NCBI GenBank assembly: GCA_009784555.1
Contig: WRBO01000005.1
Location: forward strand, 6,406 to 70,405
Direction: 5' to 3'
From: Bacillota bacterium
Lineage (GTDB): Bacteria; Bacillota; Clostridia; Christensenellales; UBA1242
DNA: 64,000 nt
The position numbers and the translations under genes are program-made. The notes under the pieces were generated by a model. That model had not been told where the DNA came from. It saw nothing but the letters and a program-made list of their open reading frames with translations, and did not search any database. Below, one piece after another: positions 10,901 through 18,489 of this stretch (position 1 is the first letter of the stretch; every line of letters starts with the position of its first letter).

Positions 10901-13496
10901 AGCCCAGGGTATCTACATGAACACTGCTGCCTGGCCAATTTGGGTTTATGTGAACATCTACATCGGATTCTGTTCCGCGGGCAAAGGTTAAGTCTAGACT
11001 GAAATCCACAAAGTTCCCTGGCAACGGTAGCCCCGCAAAATGCGAAACCGTCCCGCGGGAAAATAACGTTTCCCAATTTCGGTCGAATTCCGCACTGATT
11101 AACGGATTAATGACCTCGAGATATATTATTATCATGGTTGACGACAATGCCGACAAAACACGTGGGTTATGTGCATGCAGGTCAACTATCAACTGCATTG
11201 TGCCTTCTGTTCTTGGTGTAAAGGTGAAGTTTTCCGTATCAACATCCAATCCCGCGGTCGCCGTTAATGTTGCCCAAACAGACGCATGGGACGGTAATGC
11301 CGAGAGGTTCAATTGATATACACCATCAATGCGAAGGAAAACACGTTCGATTTGATTTACAATGCCAACCTGTTGCATTCGTGTTTCAAATACCTGGCCG
11401 CCCGTTACATTTTGGATGTTCATGCCCAGGCTGGCCAAACGCTCTTGAACCAATATACGGACATCAACGGACATGCCGCTGATATATTCTATTGTTACAC
11501 CGTGATGCACACCCAAGCTGACCTGGTTTAATAAATGCGCATACATAGGTTGCAGGAATCGCGGGTTAACCTCTAGCAGGAACCTCAACCGTCCATCTGG
11601 TTCAAAACCAGAAGGATGGTGTACAACAAACATTGGAATGCGCTCGACAACTATTTCCCCAACCATGATTGGGATAAAGGCACTCTCCCCCAAACGGTCG
11701 GCGAAATACGTTACATCCGCCGCGTATCCGATATCGGTACGGACAAAGAATTCAAACGCACCATTTACATAACCGCGCACAGGGAACAAAATGTCAATTG
11801 GGTTGCCCGCCGCATCCTCGATAGACATTTCCGAAACGGCATGCATCGCACGCAATGGAATGTCTCTGTAGGCCAAAGGCGTGCCATCTGGCCATGCCGC
11901 AACCGACCGAACACGTAAAATCAAATCATTTGATTCAATCAAATCCAATACATGCATGCTTGGACGCATTGACATCGAAAAGGTTGCATAATACGGAATG
12001 CCTTGGGAAAAGTTCAGCGGAGACATAATGATATCAAATGCGGGGTCATGCACAGGACGCGTAGACCACGTAATATCAAACATAAACCCAATATGCACGT
12101 TTGCATGTGCAGGTGAGTTAATTAATTCAAATGTTAATCGGTTGTTATATTGGTGGTGGTTTGTTGTGTTTATATTAATTTGGTCACGTAAGTTCACGTT
12201 AAAATGAAATCTGTCTGTACGTGTCGGGGAATAGAATGCCAACATTTGGTCTAACTCTGTTCCGTTGCGGTGGAATTCCAAATTCTTTTCACCATCGGGG
12301 GCCAGGTCATGGAATATATTTCTGACCTCTACCCTGATTTGAACAAATTCATGTAAATGTGTGTCCCGCGGACGATTAAACAATATAGGGGTGTCTTGGC
12401 CCACATTAACAACCGGAAACACCATTACGGTTACAAAGGTTTGGCCCAAGCCATTTGCCTCTAGACGGAAGATATCTTGACTTGGGGTATCCAAGTGCGG
12501 AAAAACAACCGTTTCATCAAAACCAACCAAACGGTAATGAAAGTTAACGGTATGTCCAGGGCCAAAGTCACCCGCAAAGTTCGGGCGAATATCCCATCCA
12601 TCAACGGCAATACGATAGTCAATGAAATTTGTGAACTGGTTCGCGAATTCACCCTCGGACGGCGCGTTCAAAACCAAACTGGCGAATGTATTTCCAAGGT
12701 TATCAATCCGTGTCGGTGCATTTTCATTTGTTAGTGTTATGTCGCCAAAAGGTGCAAAGATGTAAACAGGAAAATCCAACGTCGCCCCAGTACGTGTCAA
12801 TGTCGCACGCACAGTTACCGGCCCAGCCAACGATGTCCAAGGAACAACCAAACGTTGTCCATCAATATGTGTTCCGCGGTTTTGTCCGATGATTTGGTAT
12901 GTTACTTCATTTTCGGTCGTATTGAATGTCAGGTCACCAACCGTCTGGGTTGCAAAGAAATTAAAATCGCGGCCCGAAAATGGAACATATACTGGCGGTT
13001 CATCATATGCGCCGCGTACAATTCCAAAGCGTACATCTTCTGCCATATTCATACTACGGGCCGGAACATCTACACGCACATCCAAATACATTGTGCGACC
13101 GCCGCCGCCAGACAAAACACGAATACGTGTGCGACCACCATTAACCGCGGTTATCGTCACACGGTTTTGATTTCCGCTTGAACCCGTGACGGCCGCCGTT
13201 GCGACACTGGGGTCAAGTGAATGGACAAAGACTCTTTCCGCCGCACTGTTCGGCGCACCCTCTACCCTGATGGTTACATGTGATTGGGGAAAGTTCCCTC
13301 CCGTTGGACGAGCGATGCCGTTGTTGTCTTCTATGTTCAATGTGATAACAATATTTTGGGTGGATGCGCGCAGACGCATGTCGCCATATATATCACCACT
13401 GCCACCAGCCAGTATAATTCCCAAGACAGCAGCAAACACCAGAACCAGAAGTCCAGCCAGAATTAATTTGTTACGACGGCTTAGTATCTGTGCCAC
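1944..13496 (-). CDS. Giant (3850 aa) N-terminally membrane-anchored surface protein with many GLUG-type repeats
   Basis: Uninterrupted 11.5 kb ORF with a GTG start preceded by GGGGGA. N-terminal TM segment LILAGLLVLVFAAVLGIILAGG. A Big_2-like segment (VTITAVNGGRTRIRVL). Dozens of repeats of the form (V/A)GG(L/I/F)(V/A)G.N.G.I.N(S/A). No C-terminal anchor. Confidence 0.85.
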   Translation of the reverse strand: MAQILSRRNKLILAGLLVLVFAAVLGIILAGGSGDIYGDMRLRASTQNIVITLNIEDNNGIARPTGGNFPQSHVTIRVEGAPNSAAERVFVHSLDPSVATAAVTGSSGNQNRVTITAVNGGRTRIRVLSGGGGRTMYLDVRVDVPARSMNMAEDVRFGIVRGAYDEPPVYVPFSGRDFNFFATQTVGDLTFNTTENEVTYQIIGQNRGTHIDGQRLVVPWTSLAGPVTVRATLTRTGATLDFPVYIFAPFGDITLTNENAPTRIDNLGNTFASLVLNAPSEGEFANQFTNFIDYRIAVDGWDIRPNFAGDFGPGHTVNFHYRLVGFDETVVFPHLDTPSQDIFRLEANGLGQTFVTVMVFPVVNVGQDTPILFNRPRDTHLHEFVQIRVEVRNIFHDLAPDGEKNLEFHRNGTELDQMLAFYSPTRTDRFHFNVNLRDQININTTNHHQYNNRLTFELINSPAHANVHIGFMFDITWSTRPVHDPAFDIIMSPLNFSQGIPYYATFSMSMRPSMHVLDLIESNDLILRVRSVAAWPDGTPLAYRDIPLRAMHAVSEMSIEDAAGNPIDILFPVRGYVNGAFEFFVRTDIGYAADVTYFADRLGESAFIPIMVGEIVVERIPMFVVHHPSGFEPDGRLRFLLEVNPRFLQPMYAHLLNQVSLGVHHGVTIEYISGMSVDVRILVQERLASLGMNIQNVTGGQVFETRMQQVGIVNQIERVFLRIDGVYQLNLSALPSHASVWATLTATAGLDVDTENFTFTPRTEGTMQLIVDLHAHNPRVLSALSSTMIIIYLEVINPLISAEFDRNWETLFSRGTVSHFAGLPLPGNFVDFSLDLTFARGTESDVDVHINPNWPGSSVHVDTLGSRQYRIHGLTATSDFIFVAFDIHQTYTYAGGTFRMEFTFNAPMRFFVRVVDASTVQMINTLDIGNSLNMVITDGPATRAVRLNTFPANAHNPRIGFAFEQRNSDGSTTIYDENGMIITEVRDGAGNLIVSVSEAGVITAHRSNVGINVDLPVVLRIFAFDSIRRTNNGEGELLLPATYLRFSIFIFDQRSGEGQFMISNRDEFLLHFGYTFDRYVDLPSGRYRHYRHSGEVIDGYFRLVDNIDFHDVILQPINQFVGQFIGTRTYAVAGGDLSARYELQNMRFESATNWQTMSLVGVGHSAEENFGLFGRLGDWNGFGEIDHTRGLVDGIAFTNVLVNIMYNRSPITQYQEFYRTLNFGVVAGVNMGTITDVTVEVNFGQFTLSGHTDLNWGAIAGINMGYVTERYFLNVTGAMAVSFGSEQANHVAGARTVFNINLGGFVGRNMSNGTIRGRNAGGVLSDNVALNSEIALLIISAQNIVRNDVDKNVGGVVARNEGLVEEISTQNVLYNATRGLVGGLVGLNMGTVNSAYSTSAIYARGVLGGIVGRNTGTVRNSYFDFFINPVLREQLNAILTTFIPRTMLNQHLDWTNNPFYAGLIVGRDANINLANFTTEQAAHVPRTVIGGVVGINSGDIFHSFASSVFTNTTHTVMGIPYRGDIFIFGARGSNNVIVGGVIGVQENPRTEGQANGPGRRSRVEGVFSALSIHYMNGGERNSPIIGGLIGELHQTANVDVVAAYSYNYFRMNTHPQDAFALGGTNAMVISPKVGINRINNSNPTHNNTGVGFQYASFVLTYAILAPTQVDWVTATGAPAAPALIITENQPVGFNASTALPGGAMPGGSRTIEFIGARYGRAAVTGATGGNMSNWVAARSNISSMPATDEVFNADDFFVNFQNINVPIQNGQVGRLSEAAFTAAMGFDFPMIRQSEDYEMPLFIARPQHITFALASQEQLTERFTGARNNRGGFNYAIVNPSNLPHTSSLVIDGTRVNSVALMFTAGPVIPSAVTANRYYLDDLFSVEISPLIASRRMFISIEGGSGIAELGRNTVGGVPRYFLNLRRTGSFQVVAISTRTEEGQSVLGRLAVDVIPGVTTQTVSRDILGMIARRSMLTDDPNNFTHNFEVQKGTTFSLLAAVDNQTWQVEGSYIFESGAPRPYQNGSPIYFHEAPLNDEPIIFRFRPFISWGGNIYHLDSLVIEIEVEVYAGAIYLELFQDGTTIDGSTASVYSGRFVTDILPTVHRNVAIGSLTELQRAEQLLSLTNFAFSAEGTTHQMFGLPVAGTPNPEITRTVIEITENDRAFNLVFELHVRPIEVFTIYVQSPGGLVARDFGYREYNFDIYMRLEIREEVYNNFLASVDVSQYRPPVAIPHGISGTIHMAERSIDRAENELRPLLYDSADVEVVAQQLQSVNFQHYANTITVPGSISEFILPPNQPQSMNVYTERDGTGGILKVYAHPFYSGIDQFTLRSIPVNQIIGEIDGENVYKYWDIMFIQMVFNPYTGYFENYPGVPLVLGPDGMPVVPDTGAPGEILPETFAFHQVSTVRDTAGGRMFSWEGVYYIHTVLRERNEQANPTQITQGQVFHIEAEFITLGDWENPLTREFELFALDRPGLNFEFDNVPGRRASQAVGTTSTFTVNTTGVINVDWGSGAETEMTIFRGGSNIDPYQYVTLTHIPNTQSYQVTIAPSVNMVGATIFIEFSYELEQSGLILQMTTTLEIDVVLMRVDGLYLAGRRGNTIHMNTPSQYNVELAINASHHSGHDAPELAMMISNEIARVQYEINRDPRVEWTGRSATGGWMLNVNWDEVNEFYHNEVGPTSTNRDALNFFLGSSRTSGIKFVSPSVRASRTNVLSVRMSFELIGGLYQIRVATGMNITADFNVVSVPSSAEDNPVIIRTAQELRDAASIVDGHFILMPDDGVLTLNGWEPLEWRAASLDGNNTRIILNSFNIPEETTGPINIGLFSTVHHGSLIKNVNLVLPFFPASGRSDLRVDLTHLPQNATVRVGAFAGVNQGILTNIAVLSGGASVGTPNAPGFQEGQFTRNEDGNMVADFNRSNFDQSLVFPGLQGSARSRLAVFMANSTMDLRVGGLVGINMRAGNNYGVISNSRVLIDMFVGREGAVADETQTNVGQARVAGFAAQNDGFIVSSFFRDGNIINRAWPSSGAAFSWTAGFVAQNGQQGIVRGSYVMGATSGLASNGQVTRGVIRSTFATAGFVFQNAGLVEDGYVNILLPEGTFRSGFVENNTAQGVIRNSIVQNPNPGGDMGAYFVFARAPLAGGFLGTLTNNRFMNQPGFIATNDFADGARFRGFTNPIDINEFEGFSISAMYEDRNPNVWRMTPHGPRLVGADHIAVSIRVMGDTLLPTGHPEIIYHRSHAYGTRYNPIVIWTGDQFNRHIYLASGAEGRDRDFEQSAAQVRDDWEDNVFMGYMRLVSNISVRAATGGTATQGGLSEFGGVLHTYKVTFQGELDGNGLGITDISLVATEAVATGLRSVGLFSRLTYATVKNVNLSFVPSPGAEYSIAAASAPFVGGLAGIAVNSNIVDVNVINQTNHVNTRILGFNIVGGVVGVSVNFDYDTQTAGGSIVRTAHTYKIENVHSNVPVMTFVRHQAEHIDLTFASAIGGLTDLGYMQHDLTRLGIAGGVVGMVTHDVGNIIDRGLFMRDIDGNAVTNAHPMRADFTNVRMIGNFRNPNGNVGFGIVAEGEVVGSLIGVIGSEISVRGAEYLMNNTLAVTHNHLRAKFYAGGIVGINFGRLDGATVSLFGQMNLNIQSNAGARYIFFGTPAVSRTYGMFVGGIAGFNSGTINNATLDSPMTAEGTGGTHPIRTSQKMSVGGIVGENAGGTISNSRVERTILGGFMLGGVVGMNRNGGALINNHLRHTTGTGAYTIFNVTGAQGVNSIWGGQADGVQINETFRGTPEMMSAFGTGPIADGGRGSDMVTFTGGIVGYIQGADPIVMGGTRTNEIVINNRSIFEFGGARNRA

Positions 13497-13557
13497 TCAT
13501 CATCCCCCACGTGAAAAACTACCCAATACCGACCAAGTTTACATTGTAGTATGTTTA

Positions 13558-13586
13558 ATTATCCGATTTTTACAAGAATGTGTCAA
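13558..13586 (-). promoter_or_regulatory. Sigma70-like promoter for the giant gene
   Basis: Minus strand reads TTGACA (13586-13581), a 17 nt spacer, then GATAAT (13563-13558). It lies about 60 nt upstream of the GTG start. Confidence 0.45.
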
Positions 13587-13597
13587 ACGAATGTAGC

Positions 13598-15226
13598 CTA
13601 TCTCCTGTCAAACCTGACTGTGTTTGATGTATGAACTTCTATGACACGATTCACATTCCCGCCCATAACACGCCAAGGCCGTCCGCCCGCCGATGTCATA
13701 TTCGGAATCTCTACCCCAATCTGTGTATTGCCCGCAACACCACCCTCGATCCACCCGGTAAAATCACGTGCCCCAGCGGTGGTAAAAACCTCTATATTGA
13801 ATGCTTGGAACGGATATTGCGGCATAACCGCAGCCAGTGCCGAGATACGAATGTTTCCCCCGCTACTGCCTGGAGGGGTGCTGCCGCCGTAGTATATTCT
13901 GTGTCTGCCGACCGCAACCGTACGAAATTCGACGATGATTTGTGCCCGTCCAACGGTACCAACCGAGATATCCACGATACCTATCACATTTGTCGCAAAA
14001 ATATTGCCATCAAAGCCAACAAAATTTAAGGACGGTGTACCCGAAGCATTCCGCGCAAACGTAACATTGGTTGGGCCGTAGCGATTTTCAACGGTTATGT
14101 TTCCACGTGCCCCATTTGGACTTGTAATTGGCCCAGAATTATTTCCAAGAGTCAAATTCGCACGCTCTGTTTCCGCACGCACATCGCCCATTGGGCGCGG
14201 AACGCTCAAACTTCCTTGGATACTCATGTAATCCAATTCTCCGCCGATTTCGGTTACGGTTACTGTGCTGGCATTGGCATGAATATAGGCGTCTTGGGTT
14301 ACCCCCAAAAGATTTATCCGCGCCGTGCCAGTGCGACCATGAAAGTTACCATTAATATGTCCACGTCCCGTTAAAGTACCCATGGCTGAACGATAAAAAA
14401 CATCCCCCCACACAGTACCAAAAGACAATGTGACGTTTCGGCCATCTGGTACCGATATAATCGGCTCTGATGGAATGATACCACGCACACCAACATCGCC
14501 TACTGTGACATTCCCGTAATTTCCATTTATGACCAAGCCTTGGCTAACCCCCGTCGGCGCACTTACCGTAGCCGAACCGTTCACAACCAAGTTTTGCAAA
14601 TCCATATGGAACGGATGTGCATCTGTTCGTGCATTTGGAAAAACAAATCTTCCTGTCGAGTTGCCGCCAATAATAACTGAACTCACCACCATGAAATCTG
14701 CATCTTGGTCGGCGGCAAAAGTCACATTACCCCCCCCAGTATTAAAAACAAAACTATACGGACGCGGCGTCCCCCCTATTGCATGGTCTTCGGCCGTGAT
14801 GTTCAAAACCAACAATGCCCGTCGGTTAATCGTCCCCTCGGGCGCGTGAACAACAATTCGATAATACACCTCGCCATTCGGCCGCAATATTTGGTGCCAT
14901 TCAATGTGTGTACGGTTAATACCATTAAAAGACAATCCACGCGCATCCTCGAATAATGTTATTGTTCCTTCGTCACGCTGTCCTGGTTTTCGCATACGAA
15001 TTTGTATATCTGTATTTTGTGCATTAATCATTATGCGGCGATGGTTTAATACCTCTCGTATTTCTTCACCCGCATATCGTGTATATGAGTTTCGCTGGGT
15101 CACACCCGTTAAACCAAAGATACTTAAATTAATTGGCGACCAAAACATAAATACCAGGACGAATCCGAATATCAGAAAAATGGCCAGAACAGCCATTAAA
15201 AAGAATATCGCTATCCGACGCCCCAT
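13598..15226 (-). CDS. Membrane-anchored beta-strand-repeat protein (DUF4097-like adhesin fold guessed)
   Basis: 542 aa ORF with an N-terminal TM (IAIFFLMAVLAIFLIFGFVLVFMF). The rest is Gly/Asn/Val/Thr-rich short-strand repeats (GNVTV, GNITVEN). It sits directly upstream of the giant gene on the same strand. Confidence 0.55.
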   Translation of the reverse strand: MGRRIAIFFLMAVLAIFLIFGFVLVFMFWSPINLSIFGLTGVTQRNSYTRYAGEEIREVLNHRRIMINAQNTDIQIRMRKPGQRDEGTITLFEDARGLSFNGINRTHIEWHQILRPNGEVYYRIVVHAPEGTINRRALLVLNITAEDHAIGGTPRPYSFVFNTGGGNVTFAADQDADFMVVSSVIIGGNSTGRFVFPNARTDAHPFHMDLQNLVVNGSATVSAPTGVSQGLVINGNYGNVTVGDVGVRGIIPSEPIISVPDGRNVTLSFGTVWGDVFYRSAMGTLTGRGHINGNFHGRTGTARINLLGVTQDAYIHANASTVTVTEIGGELDYMSIQGSLSVPRPMGDVRAETERANLTLGNNSGPITSPNGARGNITVENRYGPTNVTFARNASGTPSLNFVGFDGNIFATNVIGIVDISVGTVGRAQIIVEFRTVAVGRHRIYYGGSTPPGSSGGNIRISALAAVMPQYPFQAFNIEVFTTAGARDFTGWIEGGVAGNTQIGVEIPNMTSAGGRPWRVMGGNVNRVIEVHTSNTVRFDRR

Positions 15227-15244
15227 GCCTTATGGTACCGCAAA

Positions 15245-15685
15245 TTATCGTTTTTCTGCAAAGAATTTTCGCAAGATTTCCGAACATACCTCTTGTTCGG
15301 AAATTTCAACCTCTGTCTTCCAATTCAAATTATTATTTGTAAAGATTTCCAAATCGTTTATCCTGTCACTGCGCGCCCCTATTACAACCTTTTTTATTCG
15401 TGAATTTAATATCGCCCCCGCACACATGACACATGGCTGTAACGTTACATACATGGTGCAATCATCCAATCTCCAACTCTTTAATTTTTTACATGCACGC
15501 TTTATTGCTATAATTTCCGCGTGATTTAACGCATTTTGCGTGCGTTCGCGTTTATTAAATCCGCGTGCAATTATTTTATCACCCCGAACAATTACCGCGC
15601 CGATTGGAACTTCTCCCCGATTGTACGCCTGTTCTGCTTCTTTGAATGCATCCACCATGTAATCTTTTGTCACAACAACCCCCAT
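15245..15685 (-). CDS. tadA: tRNA adenosine(34) deaminase
   Basis: CDA zinc motifs are present: NHAEIIAI and TLQPCVMCAGAI. The size (146 aa) is typical. Confidence 0.9.
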   Translation of the reverse strand: MGVVVTKDYMVDAFKEAEQAYNRGEVPIGAVIVRGDKIIARGFNKRERTQNALNHAEIIAIKRACKKLKSWRLDDCTMYVTLQPCVMCAGAILNSRIKKVVIGARSDRINDLEIFTNNNLNWKTEVEISEQEVCSEILRKFFAEKR

Positions 15686-16635
15686 ACCAATGTCATTCCC
15701 GTTATCACAAGTCCCAGAAATATAATACCCGATAACAATGTCCTCTCGCCAGCATCCAGTTTGATTTTAGAAGGTGCGGGTTTAATGGCCCCAGACAAAT
15801 TAAATTTGTATCGAATTATATGCATAATGCATACGTACAACAATATAACAGACAACACATAAAACATCAATGAACCCGCAACATTTGAAAGAAACCACCC
15901 CAGCTCTGTGTTCCCCGCCCATTCATATCGATGAGCAAAAGAAAAATATGTTCCCAAGCCATTGTTCATGAAATGAATGATTATACCTACCCATATACTT
16001 TTTGTTGCCACAACAGCCAAAGCAATAATTATTCCCAATATCGTCGCATAGAACATTTGGACAATATTCAAGTGCATAAAGCCGAACAACAAGGCCGTCA
16101 ACACCACCGCACGAATTGTTCCCATTTTTGCGGTGGATGATTTTAACAACATTCCTCTGTGTGTTACCTCCTCGCACACCCCTGGCATTACCCCTACCAT
16201 AATCATGGCGATAATGAATCCCTCTATCCCCACAAAGGAATTACTCCCCGTTGCTGGAAACCGAAAGCCAACCAAGGTCAGAATCCCACTGAAAAATCCC
16301 GCCACAAAAATATTAAATAAATAGCACAGCACCCCCAGCACAATCGCCCAGAGAATAATTCGTGCACGCGGTTTATCGAAACCGAATGATTTGAATGTTT
16401 TTTCATTTATTTTATTGCGTTTTTTATAAATGATTATGGAAATGATTGGCACGGCGAACATTATTAAAACTTGACTAATAAATGTAAATCCCCATTCCAC
16501 CCATCGTATATCAATGCGCGAAACCCATTCCATTGACGCAACAATACGCAACAATACAAACAACAACAATATAATCAGATACGTTCCGCAAACCCATTTG
16601 AAACTGTCTTTCCATGTACCATCTTTTTCATTCAC
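15670..16635 (-). CDS. CPBP family intramembrane glutamic endopeptidase
   Basis: Polytopic membrane protein carrying the CPBP motifs CEEVTHRG (EExxxR), FGFMHL (FxxxH) and HFMNN (HxxxN). GTG start and TGA stop. Confidence 0.85.
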   Translation of the reverse strand: MNEKDGTWKDSFKWVCGTYLIILLLFVLLRIVASMEWVSRIDIRWVEWGFTFISQVLIMFAVPIISIIIYKKRNKINEKTFKSFGFDKPRARIILWAIVLGVLCYLFNIFVAGFFSGILTLVGFRFPATGSNSFVGIEGFIIAMIMVGVMPGVCEEVTHRGMLLKSSTAKMGTIRAVVLTALLFGFMHLNIVQMFYATILGIIIALAVVATKSIWVGIIIHFMNNGLGTYFSFAHRYEWAGNTELGWFLSNVAGSLMFYVLSVILLYVCIMHIIRYKFNLSGAIKPAPSKIKLDAGERTLLSGIIFLGLVITGMTLVWGLL

Positions 16636-16665
16636 AACAATGTGTATGTGTTGTATACTCGGGTC

Positions 16666-17460
16666 ATGTTGAAATTACAGTCAATAGCAAGCGGCAGCAA
16701 AGGCAACGTAACATACATAGCATCCGACACAACACAAATCTTTTGTGATGTTGGTTTGTCGTTGCCAACGTTGTTAAAACGTTTGTTAACAACCACCATA
16801 GACCCAAACATGGTTGACGGAATAGTCATCACCCACGAACATTCCGACCATATTAACGGATTGAAAAAATTCATGGCGAAGTTTCCGCGGGCGACCCTGT
16901 TTTTACATGCCGATGCCGTGTCAATTATGGAAAATGTTATTGGCGCAATTGATATCAACCGATTACATACCTTTTCCGAATCGTTCGCCATTGGCGACAT
17001 AGAAATCGATTTCTTTCCATTGCCGCATGACAGCCGCTTTTGTTTTGGTTATACATTCAGAAATGCGGACTGTCGGGTTGGTGTTGCAACTGACTTGGGT
17101 ACCCTGCCCCCCACCGCCATCCAGAAGTTGGCGGGATGCCAAGTAGTTTTATTGGAAAGCAATCATGATATGGTAAAGTTACAGCACAACGTCAAATATC
17201 CGAATTGGTTAAAGCGACGTATCACCGGGCCGACCGGTCACCTGTCCAATACCGCATGCGGGGCGGCCGTTTATCGGTTGTTACGCGAGGGGGTTCAGCA
17301 AGTTATTCTGGCCCACCTGTCACAGGAAAACAATTGTCCCAACATAGCGATGGCCACCGTGCGCGAATTTTTAACATCCAAAGGTGTTTGTTGCCAGAAC
17401 GATATCCAAATTGATGTTGCGCACCAAGACCGTGTTGGGGATGTTTATCACGTTAACTAA
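16666..17460 (+). CDS. MBL-fold metallo-hydrolase
   Basis: Contains the HxHxDH motif (ITHEHSDHINGL). The start is probably MLKLQSIASGSKGN at 16666, although the ORF is open from 16642. Confidence 0.8.
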   Translation: MLKLQSIASGSKGNVTYIASDTTQIFCDVGLSLPTLLKRLLTTTIDPNMVDGIVITHEHSDHINGLKKFMAKFPRATLFLHADAVSIMENVIGAIDINRLHTFSESFAIGDIEIDFFPLPHDSRFCFGYTFRNADCRVGVATDLGTLPPTAIQKLAGCQVVLLESNHDMVKLQHNVKYPNWLKRRITGPTGHLSNTACGAAVYRLLREGVQQVILAHLSQENNCPNIAMATVREFLTSKGVCCQNDIQIDVAHQDRVGDVYHVN

Positions 17461-17484
17461 ATCAACTAAACAAAGGAGGTCATC

Positions 17485-18489
17485 ATGAATCTTCGTGAGT
17501 TGCCGATATTTGAATTGCGTACCATTGCACGTGCAATGAGTCTTCCGATTACCAATGACACCGAACGAGCCGAGCTTATTGCAACGATAAGCGCGCATGG
17601 TGTTTCGCCCGTTCCAATGCGGAAATCCGCATATGACGTGTTTTATGAGTTGCCGCCAGAAGAGCCAAAAGATGAGGCCAGCGCGTGTGTGAAAACGCCA
17701 AGCAGTCGGAGTAGTAGCCAATTACATGGCTATGTTCATATGAAGAGCGACGGAGCGGCAATTTTGCTTGCCCAAAACATGACTACACTTATCATATCTC
17801 CGATAATGGCAAGCACGCACAAGTTGGACAACGGAGATTGGATAGCGGCCACCGTTGCACACGACCCAACCAAGAACCGAAGCACAGTACGCGAAATTCG
17901 GGAGAAACATCCGACAGAGCTTTTCAAAAATCAGGAAGCCGTACGGACGAATCGCACAGTCGGACTAATGGGGACCAAAATCACATTGGGCAAGCGTGTG
18001 TTGGTGCTTTGTAACCGTACGCATGACCGCCCCGCCGATATATCAAAAGCCGCAATCCCGAACACACATAAAGTTGCCTTGGTTTTGGATGAGGGCGAGG
18101 ATATCGCCAAGGCCATCGAATGCATGGACGAGGTATTTGTTGCGCCTCCGTCTACCCTGGCGGTTAGGCAAATTCCGATGTGTTTGTTCGCCCTGTTTTC
18201 AGCCCAGCGTGCCGCGGCCGACGGAGCGGATGTTTTGTTATTTATCGATAACTTGCCGAAAATGGTGCGGCTTTACAACAAATGTATTGCGCCGAACGGC
18301 ACATATGACCCAGGCGCATTCAATGATGGAGCGGTTAACGATGTAAAGCACTTTATCCTGTCTGCGCGGGTTTTGGCCAGCGGCGGTTCGTTTACCCCTG
18401 TGGTGTATTTGAACACACCCGAGACACCGTATGACCAACATGTTTACAACGAATTCGCCGACCTGGCTAACTTTATCATCGAGAAATAG
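17485..18489 (+). CDS. Rho-like protein with Rho_N and cold-shock-like domains and a degenerate ATPase domain lacking Walker A
   Basis: SD AAGGAGG precedes the ATG. The N-terminus LRELPIFELRTIARAMSLP resembles the Rho N-terminal domain. The C-terminal half aligns by eye with the Rho RecA domain (LVLDEG versus LLIDER; LLFIDNLPKMVRLYN versus ILLDSITRLARAYN). The P-loop position reads LCNRTHDRP, and no GK[ST] occurs anywhere in the protein. Confidence 0.6.
   Translation: MNLRELPIFELRTIARAMSLPITNDTERAELIATISAHGVSPVPMRKSAYDVFYELPPEEPKDEASACVKTPSSRSSSQLHGYVHMKSDGAAILLAQNMTTLIISPIMASTHKLDNGDWIAATVAHDPTKNRSTVREIREKHPTELFKNQEAVRTNRTVGLMGTKITLGKRVLVLCNRTHDRPADISKAAIPNTHKVALVLDEGEDIAKAIECMDEVFVAPPSTLAVRQIPMCLFALFSAQRAAADGADVLLFIDNLPKMVRLYNKCIAPNGTYDPGAFNDGAVNDVKHFILSARVLASGGSFTPVVYLNTPETPYDQHVYNEFADLANFIIEK

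Noticed and set aside
1978-13466. Numerous + strand ORFs of 60-214 aa in the track that overlap the giant minus-strand gene; the same applies to 21237-28718 over the second giant gene
   Set aside because: They are antisense shadow ORFs inside long, motif-rich coding regions. They have low-complexity or Pro/Arg-rich translations and no SD sites.
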